Positions 36,131-52,399 of a stretch of 64,000 bases of DNA are shown one piece after another. Under the pieces are notes generated by a model. The model searched no databases, was not told the DNA's origin, and saw only the letters and a program-made list of their open reading frames with translations. Within the stretch, counting starts at the first letter, position 1. Every line of letters starts with the position of its first letter. Source of the DNA: Eledone cirrhosa (taxonomy: Eukaryota); assembly GCA_964016885.1 (NCBI GenBank), contig OZ024741.1, forward strand, positions 414,160,001 through 414,224,000. The letters are read 5' to 3'. The position numbers and the translations under genes are program-made.

Positions 36131-36560
36131 TAGAGTGTGGCAGAGATAAATCCGGAATTTTTCGTGGCAACAGAGCCAAGCGTAGCAAGGTATCCAGAGT
36201 GTCATCAGATAGTAGTACACCTGAGTAGCTGTCCAGTGATGAGGTGCTGACATGTCACCAGATTATCAAGGTGCTGTTGGGGAGAACCTTCACACTGGCC
36301 ACAAAAGTAAGGGAATCATTGAGTCGTTTAAATACCCTAAAAGCATGGTTTACAACCTTGCAAAGACAAGGACAATATCAAGCCAGAGTGTAAGATGTGG
36401 CACCACTAGGACACCAGAGTTTGTCCCTGACAGCCTCCATCTTGGTACCAACAAGGTGGCTAATGGGAGACCCTATGTCTTTCAATAGGACTCCACCAGT
36501 GGCCACATGGCCACGATCACCAAGGCCTGGTCTGTCACCAATGTACTATACCACTGGTCA
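36131..36560 (+). pseudogene. Internally deleted Tc1/mariner (maT-like) transposon fragment
   Basis: TA-flanked left end. N-terminal remnant IIESFKYPKSMVYNLAK...RTPEFV is fused to catalytic-region remnant VANGRPYVFQ*DSTSGH...TKAWSVTNVLYHWSP (compare the FQQDSAPAH motif). Confidence 0.7.
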
Positions 36561-39500
36561 CCAATGTACTATACCACTGGTCACCAATGTACTATACCAC
36601 TGGTCACCAATATGCTATACCACTGCTCACTAATATACTATACCACTGGTCACCAATGTACTATACCACTGGTCACTAATATACTATACCACTGGTCACT
36701 AATATACTATACCACTGGTGGTCAATATACTATACCACTGGTCACCAATGTAATATACCACTGGTCACTAATATACTATACCACTGGTCACTAATATACT
36801 ATACCACTGGTCACAAATATACTATACCACTGGTCACCAATGTACTATACCACTGGTGGTCAATATACTATACCACTGGTCACCAATGTAATATACCACT
36901 GGTCACTAATATACTATACCACTGGTCACCAATGTACTATACCACTGGTCACAAATATACTATACCACTGGTCACCAATGTACTATACCACTGGTGGTCA
37001 ATATACTATACTACTGGTGGTCAATATACTATACCACTGGTCACCAATGTACTATACCTCTGGTCACTAATGTAATATACCACTGGTCACTAATATGCTA
37101 TACCACTGGTCACTAATATACTACACCACTGGTCACCAATGTACTATACCACAGGTCACCAATATACTATACCACTGGTCAGCAATGTAATATACCACTG
37201 GTCACTAATATACTATACCACTGGTCACTAATATACTATACCACTGGTGGTCAATATACTATACCACTGGTCACCAATGTAATATACCACTGGTCACTAA
37301 TATACTATACCACTGGTCACTAATATACTATACCACTGGTCACCAATGTACTATACCACTGGTGGTCAATATACTATACCACTGGTCACCAATGTACTAT
37401 ACCACTGGTCACTAATATGCTATACCACTGGTCACTAATATACTATACCACTGGTCACTAATATGCTATACCACTGGTCACAAATATACTATACCACTGG
37501 TCACCAATGTACTATACCACTGGTCACTAATATACTATACCACTGGTCACCAATGTACTATACCACTGGTCACCAATATACTATACCACTGGTCACTAAT
37601 ATACTATACCACTGGTCACCAATATACTATACCACTGGTCACTAATATACTATACCACTGGTCACTAATATACTATACCACTGGTCACTAATATACTATA
37701 CCACTGGTCACCAATGTACTATACCGCTGGTCACCAATATACTATAACACTGGTCACTAATGTACTATACCACTGGTCATACTATACCACTGGTGGTCAA
37801 TATACTATACCACTGGTCACCAATGTAATATACCACTGGTCACTAATATACTATACCACTGGTCACTAATATACTATACCACTGGTCACCAATGTACTAT
37901 ACCACTGGTGGTCAATATACTATACCACTGGTCACCAATGTACTATACCACTGGTGGTCAATATACTATACCACTGGTCACCAATGTACTATACCACTGG
38001 TCACTAATGTACTATACCACTGGTCACCAATGTACTATACCACTGGTCACCAATGTACTATACCACTGGTCACTAATATGCTATACCACTGGTCACCAAT
38101 GTACTATACAACTGGTCACCAATATGCTATACCACTGCTCACTAATATACTATACCACTGGTCACCAATGTACTATACCACTGGTCACCAATATACTATA
38201 CCACTGGTCACTAATATACTATACCACTGGTGGTCAATATACTATACCACTGGTCACCAAAGTAATATACCACTGGTCACTAATATACTATACCACTGGT
38301 CACTAATATACTATACCATTGGTCACTAATGTACTATACCACTGGTCACCAATATACTATACCACTGGTCACTAATATACTATACCATTGGTCACCAATG
38401 TAATATACCACTGGTCACTAATATACTACACCACTGGTCACCAATGTAATATACCACTGGTCACTAATATACTATACCACTGGTCACTAATATACTATAC
38501 CACTGGTGGTCAATATACTATACCACTGGTCACCAAAGTAATATACCACTGGTCACTAATATACTATACCACTGGTCACTAATATACTATACCACTGGTC
38601 ACAAGTATACTATACCACTGGTGGTCAATATACTATACCACTGGTCACCAATGTAATATACCAGTGGTCACTAATATACTATACCACTGGTCACTAATAT
38701 ACTATACCACTGGTCACCAATATACTATACCACTGGTCACTAATATATTATACCACTGGTCACTAATATACTATACCACTGGTCACCAATGTACTATACC
38801 ACTGGTCACTAATATACTATACCACTGGTCACCAATGTACTATACCACTGGTCACTAATATACTATACCACTAGTCACCAATGTACTATACCACTGGTCA
38901 CCAATATACTATACCACTGGTCACTAATATACTATACCACTGGTCACTAATATGCTATACCACTGGTCACTAATATACTATACCACTGGTCACAAATATA
39001 CTATACCACTGGTCACCAATGTACTATACCACTGGTCACCAATGTACTATGCCACTGGTCACCAATGTACTATACCACTGGTCACCAATGTACTATACCA
39101 CTGGTCACCAATGTACTATGCCACTGGTCACCAATGTACTATGCCACTGGTCACCAATGTACTATACCACTGGTCACTAATATACTATGCCACTGGTCAC
39201 CAATGTACTATACCACTGGTCACTAATATACTATGCCACTGGTCACCAATGTACTATGCCACTGGTCACCAATGTACTATGCCACTGGTCACCAATGTAC
39301 TATACCACTGGTCACCAATGTACTATACCACTGGTCACTAATGTACTATGCCACTGGTCACCAATGTACTATACCACTGGTCACCAATGTACTATGCCAC
39401 TGGTCACCAATGTACTATACCACTGGTCACAAATGTACTATACCACTGGTCACCAATGTACTATACCACTGGTCACTAATGTACTATGCCACTGGTCACC

Positions 39501-42500
39501 AATGTACTATACCACTGGTCACTAATGTACTATACCACTGGTCACCAATGTACTATACCACTGGTCACTAATGTACTATACCACTGGTCACCAATGTACT
39601 ATGCCACTGGTCACCAATGTACTATACCACTGGTCACTAATGTACTATACCACTGGTCACCAATGTACTATGCCACTGGTCACCAATATACTATACCACT
39701 GGTCACCAATGTACTATGCCACTGGTCACCAATGTACTATGCCACTGGTCACCAATGTACTATGCCACTGGTCACCAATGTACTATACCACTGGTCACCA
39801 ATGTACTATACCACTGGTCACCAATGTACTATACCACTGGTCACCAATGTACTATACCACTGGTCACTAATGTACTATGCCACTGGTCACTAATGTACTA
39901 TGCCACTGGTCACCAATGTACTATACCACTGGTCACCAATGTACTATACCACTGGTCACCAATGTACTATGCCACTGGTCACCAATGTACTATACCACTT
40001 GTCACCAATGTACTATGCCACTGGTCACTAATGTACTATGCCACTGGTCACCAATGTACTATGCCACTGGTCACTAATGTACTATGCCACTGGTCACCAA
40101 TGTACTATGCCACTGGTCACCAATGTACTATACCACTGGTCACTAATGTACTATACCACTGGTCACCAATGTACTATACCACTGGTCACCAATGTACTAT
40201 GCCACTGGTCACCAATGTACTATACCACTGGTCACCAATGTACTATGCCACTGGTCACTAATGTACTATACCACTGGCCACCAACGTACTATACCACTTG
40301 TCACCAATGTACTATGCCACTGGTCACCAATGTACTATACCACTGGTCACCAATGTACTATACCACTGGTCACCAATGTACTATGCCACTGGTCACCAAT
40401 GTACTATGCCACTGGTTACCAATGTACTATGCCACTGGTTACCAATGTACTATACCACTGGTCACCAATGTACTATACCACTGGTCACCAATGTACTATG
40501 CCACTGGTCACCAATGTACTATACCACTGGTCACCAATGTACTATACCACTGGTCACCAATGTACTATGCCACTGGTCACCAATGTACTATACCACTGGT
40601 CACTAATGTACTATGCCACTGGTCACCAATGTACTATGCCACTGGTCACTAATGTACTATACCACTGGTCACTAATGTACTATGCCACTGGTCACCAATG
40701 TACTATGCCACTGGTCACCAATATACTATACCACTGGTCACCAATGTACTATACCACTGGTCACCAATGTACTATACCACTGGTCACTAATATACTATAC
40801 CACTGGTCACCAATGTACTATGCCACTGGTCACCAATGTACTATACCACTGGTCACCAATGTACTATACCACTGGTCACTAATATACTATACCACTGGTC
40901 ACTAATGTACTATACCACTGGTCACTAATGTACTATACCACTGGTCACCAATGTACTATACCACTGGTCACCAATGTACTATACCACTGGTCACTAATAT
41001 ACTATGCCACTGGTCACCAATGTACTATGCCACTGGTCACCAATGTACTATACCACTGGTCACTAATATACTATACCACTGGTCACCAATGTACTATACC
41101 ACTGGTCACCAATGTACTATACCACTGGTCACCAATGTACTATACCACTGGTCACTAATATACTATACCACTGGTCACCAATGTACTATACCACTGGTCA
41201 CCAATGTACTATACCACTGGTCACTAATATACTATACCACTGGTCACCAATGTACTATACCACTGGTCACTAATGTACTATACCACTGGTCACCAATGTA
41301 CTATACCACTGGTCACCAATGTACTATACCACTGGTCACTAATATACTATACCACTGGTCACCAATGTACTATGCCACTGGTCACCAATGTACTATACCA
41401 CTGGTCACCAATGTACTATACCACTGGTCACCAATGTACTATACCACTGGTCACTAATATACTATACCACTGGTCACCAATGTACTATACCACTGGTCAC
41501 TAATGTACTATACCACTGGTCACCAATGTACTATACCACTGGTCACCAATGTACTATACCACTGGTCACCAATGTACTATACCACTGGTCACCAATGTAC
41601 TATACCACTGGTCACTAATATACTATACCACTGGTCACCAATGTACTATACCACTGGTCACCAATGTACTATACCACTGGTCACCAATGTACTATACCAC
41701 TGGTCACTAATATACTATACCACTGGTCACCAATGTACTATACCACTGGTCACTAATGTACTATACCACTGGTCACCAATGTACTATACCACTGGTCACC
41801 AATGTACTATACCACTGGTCACCAATGTACTATACCACTGGTCACCAATGTACTATACCACTGGTCACTAATATACTATACCACTGGTCACCAATGTACT
41901 ATACCACTGGTCACCAATGTACTATACCACTGGTCACCAATGTACTATACCACTGGTCACTAATATACTATACCACTGGTCACCAATGTACTATACCACT
42001 GGTCACCAATGTACTATACCACTGGTCACCAATGTACTATACCACTGGTCACTAATATACTATACCACTGGTCACCAATGTACTATACCACTGGTCACTA
42101 ATGTACTATACCACTGGTTACCAATGTACTATACCACTGGTCACCAATGTACTATACCACTGGTCACCAATGTACTATACCACTGGTCACCAATGTACTA
42201 TACCACTGGTCACTAATATACTATACCACTGGTCACCAATGTACTATACCACTGGTCACCAATGTACTATACCACTGGTCACCAATGTACTATACCACTG
42301 GTCACTAATATACTATACCACTGGTCACCAATGTACTATACCACTGGTCACCAATGTACTATACCACTGGTCACCAATGTACTATACCACTGGTCACTAA
42401 TGTACTATACCACTGGTCACCAATGTACTATGCCACTGGTCACCAATGTACTATACCACTGGTCACCAATGTACTATACCACTGGTCAGTAATATACTAT

Positions 42501-45500
42501 ACCACTGGTCACCAATGTACTATACCACTGGTCACCAATGTACTATGCCACTGGTCACCAATGTACTATACCACTGGTCACCAATGTACTATACCACTGG
42601 TCACCAATGTACTATACCACTGGTCACCAATGTACTATACCACTGGTCACTAATGTACTATGCCACTGGTCACTAATGTACTATACCACTGGTCACCAAT
42701 GTACTATACCACTGGTCACCAATGTACTATACCACTTGTCACCAATGTACTATGCCACTGGTCACTAATATACTATACCACTGGTCACCAATGTACTATA
42801 CCACTGGTCACTAATGTACTATGCCACTGGTCACCAATGTACTATGCCACTGGTCACCAATGTACTATACCACTGGTCACCAATGTACTATACCACTGGT
42901 CACCAATGTACTATGCCACTGGTCACCAATGTACTATACCACTGGTCACCAATGTACTATACCACTGGTCACCAATGTACTATACCACTGGTCACCAATG
43001 TACTATGCCACTGGTCACCAATGTACTATACCACTGGTCACCAATGTACTATGCCACTGGTCACCAATGTACTATACCACTGGTCACCAATGTACTATAC
43101 CACTGGTCACTAATGTACTATACCACTGGTCACCAATGTACTATGCCACTAGTCACTAATGTACTATGCCACTGGTCACCAATGTACTATGCCACTTGTC
43201 ACCAATGTACTATACCACTGGTCAGTAATATACTATACCACTGGTCACCAATGTACTATACCACTGGTCACCAATGTACTATGCCACTGGTCACTAATGT
43301 ACTATACCACTGGTCACCAATGTACTATACCACTGGTCACCAATGTACTATACCACTGGTCACCAATGTACTATACCACTGGTCACCAATGTACTATACC
43401 ACTGGTCACCAATGTACTATGCCACTGGTCACCAATGTACTATACCACTGGTCACCAATGTACTATACCACTGGTCACCAATGTACTATACCACTGGTCA
43501 CCAATGTACTATGCCACTGGTCACCAATGTACTATACCACTGGTCACCAATGTACTATACCACTGGTCACTAATGTACTATACCACTGGTCACCAATGTA
43601 CTATGCCACTAGTCACTAATGTACTATGCCACTGGTCACCAATGTACTATGCCACTGGTCACCAATGTACTATGCCACTGGTCACTAATGTACTATACCA
43701 CTGGTCACCAATGTACTATACCACTGGTCACCAATGTACTATACCACTGGTCACCAATGTACTATACCACTGGTCACCAATGTACTATGCCACTGGTCAC
43801 CAATGTACTATACCACTGGTCACCAATGTACTATACCACTGGTCACCAATGTACTATACCACTGGTCACCAATGTACTATGCCACTGGTCACCAATGTAC
43901 TATACCACTGGTCACCAATGTACTATACCACTGGTCACTAATGTACTATACCACTGGTCACCAATGTACTATGCCACTAGTCACTAATGTACTATGCCAC
44001 TGGTCACCAATGTACTATGCCACTGGTCACCAATGTACTATGCCACTGGTCACCAATGTACTATACCACTGGTCACCAATGTACTATACCACTGGTCACC
44101 AATGTACTATGCCACTTGTCACCAATGTACTATACCACTGGTCACCAATGTACTATACCACTGGTCACTAATGTACTATACCACTGGTCACTAATGTACT
44201 ATGCCACTGGTCACCAATATACTATGCCACTGGTCACCAATGTACTATACCACTGGTCACCAATGTACTATACCACTGGTCAGTAATATACTATACCACT
44301 GGTCACCAATGTACTATACCACTGGTCACCAATGTACTATGCCACTGGTCACCAATGTACTATACCACTGGTCACCAATGTACTATACCACTGGTCACCA
44401 ATGTACTATGCCACTGGTCACCAATGTACTATACCACTGGTCACCAATGTACTATGCCACTGGTCACCAATGTACTATGCCACTGGTCACCAATGTACTA
44501 TACCACTGGTCACCAATGTACTATGCCACTGGTCACCAATGTACTATGCCACTTGTCACCAATGTACTATGCCACTGGTCACCAATGTACTATACCACTT
44601 GTCACCAATGTACTATGCCACTGGTCACCAATGTACTATACCACTGGTCACTAATGTACTATACCACTGGTCACCAATGTACTATGCCACTAGTCACTAA
44701 TGTACTATGCCACTGGTCACCAATGTACTATGCCACTGGTCACCAATGTACTATGCCACTGGTCACCAATGTACTATGCCACTGGTCACCAATGTACTAT
44801 ACCACTGGTCACCAATGTACTATGCCACTGGTCACCAATGTACTATACCACTGGTCACCAATGTACTATGCCACTGGTCACCAATGTACTATACCACTGG
44901 TCACCAATGTACTATACCACTGGTCACCAATGTACTATACCACTGGTCAGTAATATACTATACCACTGGTCACCAATGTACTATACCACTGGTCACCAAT
45001 GTACTATGCCACTGGTCACCAATGTACTATACCACTGGTCACCAATGTACTATACCACTGGTCACCAATGTACTATACCACTGGTCACTAATGTACTATG
45101 CCACTGGTCACTAATGTACTATACCACTGGTCACCAATGTACTATACCACTGGTCACTAATGTACTATGCCACTGGTCACCAATGTACTATGCCACTGGT
45201 CACCAATGTACTATACCACTGGTCACCAATATACTATACCACTGGTCACCAATGTACTATGCCACTGGTCACCAATGTACTATACCACTGGTCACTAATG
45301 TACTATACCACTGGTCACCAATGTACTATGCCACTGGTCACCAATGTACTATACCACTGGTCACTAATATATTATACCACTGGTCACTAATATACTATAC
45401 CACTGGTCACCAATGTACTATACCACTGGTCACCAATATACTATACCACTGGTCACCAATGTACTATAACACTGGTCACTAATGTACTATACCACTGGTC

Positions 45501-48500
45501 ACCAATGTACTATACCACTGGTCACCAATGTACTATACCACTGGTCACCAATGTACTATACCACTGGTCACCAATGTACTATACCACTGGTCACTAATAT
45601 ACTATACCACTGGTCACCAATGTACTATACCACTGGTCACCAATGTACTATACCACTGGTCACTAATATACTATACCACTGGTCACCAATGTACTATACC
45701 ACTGGTCACTAATGTACTATACCACTGGTCACCAATGTACTATACCACTGGTCACCAATGTACTATACCACTGGTCACTAATATACTATACCACTGGTCA
45801 CCAATGTACTATGCCACTGGTCACCAATGTACTATACCACTGGTCACCAATGTACTATACCACTGGTCACCAATGTACTATACCACTGGTCACTAATATA
45901 CTATACCACTGGTCACCAATGTACTATACCACTGGTCACTAATGTACTATACCACTGGTCACCAATGTACTATACCACTGGTCACCAATGTACTATACCA
46001 CTGGTCACCAATGTACTATACCACTGGTCACCAATGTACTATACCACTGGTCACTAATATACTATACCACTGGTCACCAATGTACTATACCACTGGTCAC
46101 CAATGTACTATACCACTGGTCACCAATGTACTATACCACTGGTCACTAATATACTATACCACTGGTCACCAATGTACTATACCACTGGTCACTAATGTAC
46201 TATACCACTGGTCACCAATGTACTATACCACTGGTCACCAATGTACTATACCACTGGTCACCAATGTACTATACCACTGGTCACCAATGTACTATACCAC
46301 TGGTCACTAATATACTATACCACTGGTCACCAATGTACTATACCACTGGTCACCAATGTACTATACCACTGGTCACCAATGTACTATACCACTGGTCACT
46401 AATATACTATACCACTGGTCACCAATGTACTATACCACTGGTCACCAATGTACTATACCACTGGTCACCAATGTACTATACCACTGGTCACTAATATACT
46501 ATACCACTGGTCACCAATGTACTATACCACTGGTCACTAATGTACTATACCACTGGTTACCAATGTACTATACCACTGGTCACCAATGTACTATACCACT
46601 GGTCACCAATGTACTATACCACTGGTCACTAATGTACTATACCACTGGTCACCAATGTACTATACCACTGGTCACCAATGTACTATACCACTGGTCACCA
46701 ATGTACTATACCACTGGTCACTAATATACTATACCACTGGTCACCAATGTACTATACCACTGGTCACCAATGTACTATACCACTGGTCACCAATGTACTA
46801 TACCACTGGTCACTAATGTACTATACCACTGGTCACCAATGTACTATGCCACTGGTCACCAATGTACTATACCACTGGTCACCAATGTACTATACCACTG
46901 GTCAGTAATATACTATACCACTGGTCACCAATGTACTATACCACTGGTCACCAATGTACTATGCCACTGGTCACCAATGTACTATACCACTGGTCACCAA
47001 TGTACTATACCACTGGTCACCAATGTACTATACCACTGGTCACCAATGTACTATACCACTGGTCACTAATGTACTATGCCACTGGTCACTAATGTACTAT
47101 ACCACTGGTCACCAATGTACTATACCACTGGTCACCAATGTACTATACCACTTGTCACCAATGTACTATGCCACTGGTCACTAATATACTATACCACTGG
47201 TCACCAATGTACTATACCACTGGTCACTAATGTACTATGCCACTGGTCACCAATGTACTATGCCACTGGTCACCAATGTACTATACCACTGGTCACCAAT
47301 GTACTATACCACTGGTCACCAATGTACTATGCCACTGGTCACCAATGTACTATACCACTGGTCACCAATGTACTATACCACTGGTCACCAATGTACTATA
47401 CCACTGGTCACCAATGTACTATGCCACTGGTCACCAATGTACTATACCACTGGTCACCAATGTACTATGCCACTGGTCACCAATGTACTATACCACTGGT
47501 CACCAATGTACTATACCACTGGTCACTAATGTACTATACCACTGGTCACCAATGTACTATGCCACTAGTCACTAATGTACTATGCCACTGGTCACCAATG
47601 TACTATGCCACTTGTCACCAATGTACTATACCACTGGTCAGTAATATACTATACCACTGGTCACCAATGTACTATACCACTGGTCACCAATGTACTATGC
47701 CACTGGTCACTAATGTACTATACCACTGGTCACCAATGTACTATACCACTGGTCACCAATGTACTATACCACTGGTCACCAATGTACTATACCACTGGTC
47801 ACCAATGTACTATACCACTGGTCACCAATGTACTATGCCACTGGTCACCAATGTACTATACCACTGGTCACCAATGTACTATACCACTGGTCACCAATGT
47901 ACTATACCACTGGTCACCAATGTACTATGCCACTGGTCACCAATGTACTATACCACTGGTCACCAATGTACTATACCACTGGTCACTAATGTACTATACC
48001 ACTGGTCACCAATGTACTATGCCACTAGTCACTAATGTACTATGCCACTGGTCACCAATGTACTATGCCACTGGTCACCAATGTACTATGCCACTGGTCA
48101 CTAATGTACTATACCACTGGTCACCAATGTACTATACCACTGGTCACCAATGTACTATACCACTGGTCACCAATGTACTATACCACTGGTCACCAATGTA
48201 CTATGCCACTGGTCACCAATGTACTATACCACTGGTCACCAATGTACTATACCACTGGTCACCAATGTACTATACCACTGGTCACCAATGTACTATGCCA
48301 CTGGTCACCAATGTACTATACCACTGGTCACCAATGTACTATACCACTGGTCACTAATGTACTATACCACTGGTCACCAATGTACTATGCCACTAGTCAC
48401 TAATGTACTATGCCACTGGTCACCAATGTACTATGCCACTGGTCACCAATGTACTATGCCACTGGTCACCAATGTACTATACCACTGGTCACCAATGTAC

Positions 48501-51065
48501 TATACCACTGGTCACCAATGTACTATGCCACTTGTCACCAATGTACTATACCACTGGTCACCAATGTACTATACCACTGGTCACTAATGTACTATACCAC
48601 TGGTCACTAATGTACTATGCCACTGGTCACCAATATACTATGCCACTGGTCACCAATGTACTATACCACTGGTCACCAATGTACTATACCACTGGTCAGT
48701 AATATACTATACCACTGGTCACCAATGTACTATACCACTGGTCACCAATGTACTATGCCACTGGTCACCAATGTACTATACCACTGGTCACCAATGTACT
48801 ATACCACTGGTCACCAATGTACTATGCCACTGGTCACCAATGTACTATACCACTGGTCACCAATGTACTATGCCACTGGTCACCAATGTACTATGCCACT
48901 GGTCACCAATGTACTATACCACTGGTCACCAATGTACTATGCCACTGGTCACCAATGTACTATGCCACTTGTCACCAATGTACTATGCCACTGGTCACCA
49001 ATGTACTATACCACTTGTCACCAATGTACTATGCCACTGGTCACCAATGTACTATACCACTGGTCACTAATGTACTATACCACTGGTCACCAATGTACTA
49101 TGCCACTAGTCACTAATGTACTATGCCACTGGTCACCAATGTACTATGCCACTGGTCACCAATGTACTATGCCACTGGTCACCAATGTACTATGCCACTG
49201 GTCACCAATGTACTATACCACTGGTCACCAATGTACTATGCCACTGGTCACCAATGTACTATACCACTGGTCACCAATGTACTATGCCACTGGTCACCAA
49301 TGTACTATACCACTGGTCACCAATGTACTATACCACTGGTCACCAATGTACTATACCACTGGTCAGTAATATACTATACCACTGGTCACCAATGTACTAT
49401 ACCACTGGTCACCAATGTACTATGCCACTGGTCACCAATGTACTATACCACTGGTCACCAATGTACTATACCACTGGTCACCAATGTACTATACCACTGG
49501 TCACTAATGTACTATGCCACTGGTCACTAATGTACTATACCACTGGTCACCAATGTACTATACCACTGGTCACTAATGTACTATGCCACTGGTCACCAAT
49601 GTACTATGCCACTGGTCACCAATGTACTATACCACTGGTCACCAATATACTATACCACTGGTCACCAATGTACTATGCCACTGGTCACCAATGTACTATA
49701 CCACTGGTCACTAATGTACTATACCACTGGTCACCAATGTACTATGCCACTGGTCACCAATGTACTATACCACTGGTCACTAATATATTATACCACTGGT
49801 CACTAATATACTATACCACTGGTCACCAATGTACTATACCACTGGTCACCAATATACTATACCACTGGTCACCAATGTACTATACCACTGGTCACTAATG
49901 TACTATACCACTGGTCACCAATGTACTATACCACTGGTCACCAATATACTATACCACTGGTCACCAATGTACTATACCACTGGTCACCAATATACTATAC
50001 CACTGGTCACCAATGTACTATGCCACTGGTCACCAATGTACTATACCACTGGTCACCAATGTACTATGCCACTGGTCACCAATGTACTATACCACTGGTC
50101 ACCAATGTACTATACCACTGGTCACCAATGTACTATGCCACTGGTCACCAATGTACTATGCCACTGGTCACCAATGTACTATACCACTGGTCACCAATGT
50201 ACTATACCACTGGTCACCAATATACTATACCACTGGTCACCAATGTACTATGCCACTGGTCACCAATGTACTATACCACTGGTCACCAATGTACTATGCC
50301 ACTGGTCACCAATGTACTATACCACTGGTCACCAATGTACTATACCACTGGTCACCAATGTACTATGCCACTGGTCACCAATGTACTATACCACTGGTCA
50401 CCAATGTACTATGCCACTGGTCACCAATGTACTATACCACTGGTCACCAATGTACTATACCACTGGTCACCAATGTACTATGCCACTGGTCACCAATGTA
50501 CTATGCCACTGGTCACCAATGTACTATACCACTGGTCACCAATGTACTATACCACTGGTCACCAATGTACTATGCCACTGGTCACTAATATACTATACCA
50601 CTGGTCACCAATATACTATACCACTGGTCACCAATGTACTATGCCACTGGTCACCAATGTACTATGCCACTGGTCACCAATGTACTATACCACTGGTCAC
50701 CAATATACTATACCACTGGTCACCAATGTACTATGCCACTGGTCACCAATGTACTATACCACTGGTCACCAATGTACTATACCACTGGTCACCAATGTAC
50801 TATGCCACTGGTCACCAATGTACTATGCCACTGGTCACCAATGTACTATACCACTGGTCACCAATGTACTATGCCACTGGTCACCAATGTACTATACCAC
50901 TGGTCACCAATGTACTATACCACTGGTCACCAATGTACTATGCCACTGGTCACCAATGTACTATACCACTGGTCACCAATGTACTATACCACTGGTCACC
51001 AATGTACTATACCACTGGTCACTAATGTACTATACCACTGGTCACTAATGTACTATACCACTGGT
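36533..51065. repeat. 23-bp satellite (GTCACCAATGTACTATACCACTG), ~630 copies, 14.5 kb
   Basis: Direct periodicity. Internal duplication at offset 4416 = 192 x 23 (identical ORFs 42660/47076 and 44201/48617). Confidence 0.98.
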
Positions 51066-51204
51066 TCCCTGATCAGAGTATTGAACTCACAACCTCACCA
51101 CTGTAAGCCTGCTGCTCCAACCACTGAGCCAGGTGTCTTCTATAAAGATGTTTTAATTTCCTAAAAACCTTTGATTTTGATCAAGGATTCAATTTCAGTG
51201 TGTA

Positions 51205-51743
51205 TGAGAGAGGGGGATGTGAGGGAGAGAGAGAGATGGTGAGAGAGAGGGGGATGCGAGGGAGTGAGAGAGATGGTAAGAGCGAGGGGGATGTGAGGGA
51301 GAGAGAGATTTTGAGAGAGATGCTGAGTGAGAGGGGGATGTGAGGGAGAGATGGTAAGAGAGAGCGGGATGTGACGGGGGGGGGGGTATGTGAGGGAGAG
51401 AGAGAGAGATGAGAGAGGGATGTGAGGGAAAGAGAGAGATGAGAGGGTGAGAGAGAGAGATGAGAGGGTGAGAGAGAGATGGTGAGAGAGAGGGTGATGT
51501 GAGGGAGAGAGAGATGGTGAGAGAGGGGGAGTGAGGAAGAGAGAGATAAGAGGGTGAGAGAGAGATGAGAAGGTGAGAGAGACAAGAGAGTAAGAGAGAT
51601 GAGAGGGTAAGAGAGAGAGAGATGAGAGGGTGAGAGAGAGATGAGAGAGAGATGAGAAAGAGAGAGAGACGAGAGAGAGAGACGAGAGGGTGAGAGTGAC
51701 AAGAGAGTAAGAGAGATGAGAGAGAGATGATGAGAGAGAGAGA
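51205..51743. repeat. GA-rich low-complexity repeat
   Basis: Direct. Confidence 0.9.
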
Positions 51744-51757
51744 AGTTTATAAATCAC

Positions 51758-51959
51758 CTGTAGGGTAACTTATATTCCCAGTATTTTCAAGATCTAATTG
51801 AGCTTCAAGTGATAAGGTGTCAAAACGGGAGAGAAAGAAATTCCAGGTGAGAATTGGTTGATCAGGCAAAACACTGGAGAGGAGAAACATCCTATGTAAG
51901 ATCATAGTTCGGTCACTAATCACTGTATCAAATTGAAATTCCAAACATTGAATCAAGCA
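51758..51959 (-). CDS. unc79: Coding exon (202 nt, phase 0-1) of unc-79 homolog
   Basis: Acceptor TTCTTCTCCTAATTGCAG, donor CAG|GTGATT. Peptide CLIQCLEFQFDTVISDRTMIL...ILTWNFFLSRFDTLSLEAQ resembles the conserved UNC-79 segment as I recall it (CLExQFD...DR...W.FF..RF..L.LEAQ). Confidence 0.88.
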
Positions 51960-51989
51960 CTGCAATTAGGAGAAGAAATGAGAACATAA

Positions 51990-52019
<30 letters not shown>

Positions 52020-52020
<1 letters not shown>

Positions 52021-52379
52021 CTTTCTTTATTAAGCACAAGGGTTTACATAAAGTAGACATTAAGGACAGTACAGGACAATACAAATGGGAATTTCTGCGT
52101 GTAAAAAACAAAAACAGAGGATGTAACAAAAAAATAACAATGAAAAATTCCCCAATAGGGGGGAGACTTCCGAGGGACATTCATGGAGAAAGCCCATTAA
52201 AAAGCCACAGTGACCCTGACCACCAAGGCAAGTGCCCTCTCCCAGTTTTCCACCTTTAATTTACAGACACATACTCAGAGTAGACCCATTCTTGCCTCTC
52301 TCACCCATCTTTCAACAAAATGCTGGGAAGAGAGCACTTCCCTCTCTACCCTGATTTTCCTTTTCAAATGAAATTTGAA
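52020..52379 (-). mobile_element. 5'-truncated 3' fragment of a related Tx1-group LINE inside an (AAT)n microsatellite
   Basis: Minus strand encodes FKFHLKRKIRVEREVLSSQHFVERWVREARM, versus FKYHFKRRIRMEREVLYPSKFYERWVKVGRM in ORF2. Ends AATAAAGAAAGC. (AAT)n on both sides. Confidence 0.85.
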
Positions 52380-52399
52380 TAATAATAATAATAATAATG

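Noticed and set aside
34460-36253. 597-aa ORF and overlapping Tyr/Ile ORFs
   Set aside because: Microsatellite translation; only the 180-nt exon at 35692-35871 is credible.
36533-51065. CRISPR-like array, or repetitive proteins (MYYTTGHQCTIPLVTNVLYHWSP)n
   Set aside because: No unique spacers, no cas genes, eukaryotic context. The ORFs are artefacts of a 23-bp stop-poor monomer read in all three frames.
51060-51075. Transposase resuming after the array (HWFPD)
   Set aside because: The following sequence aligns better with a minus-strand tRNA-like SINE head, and no WPPxSPD motif follows.
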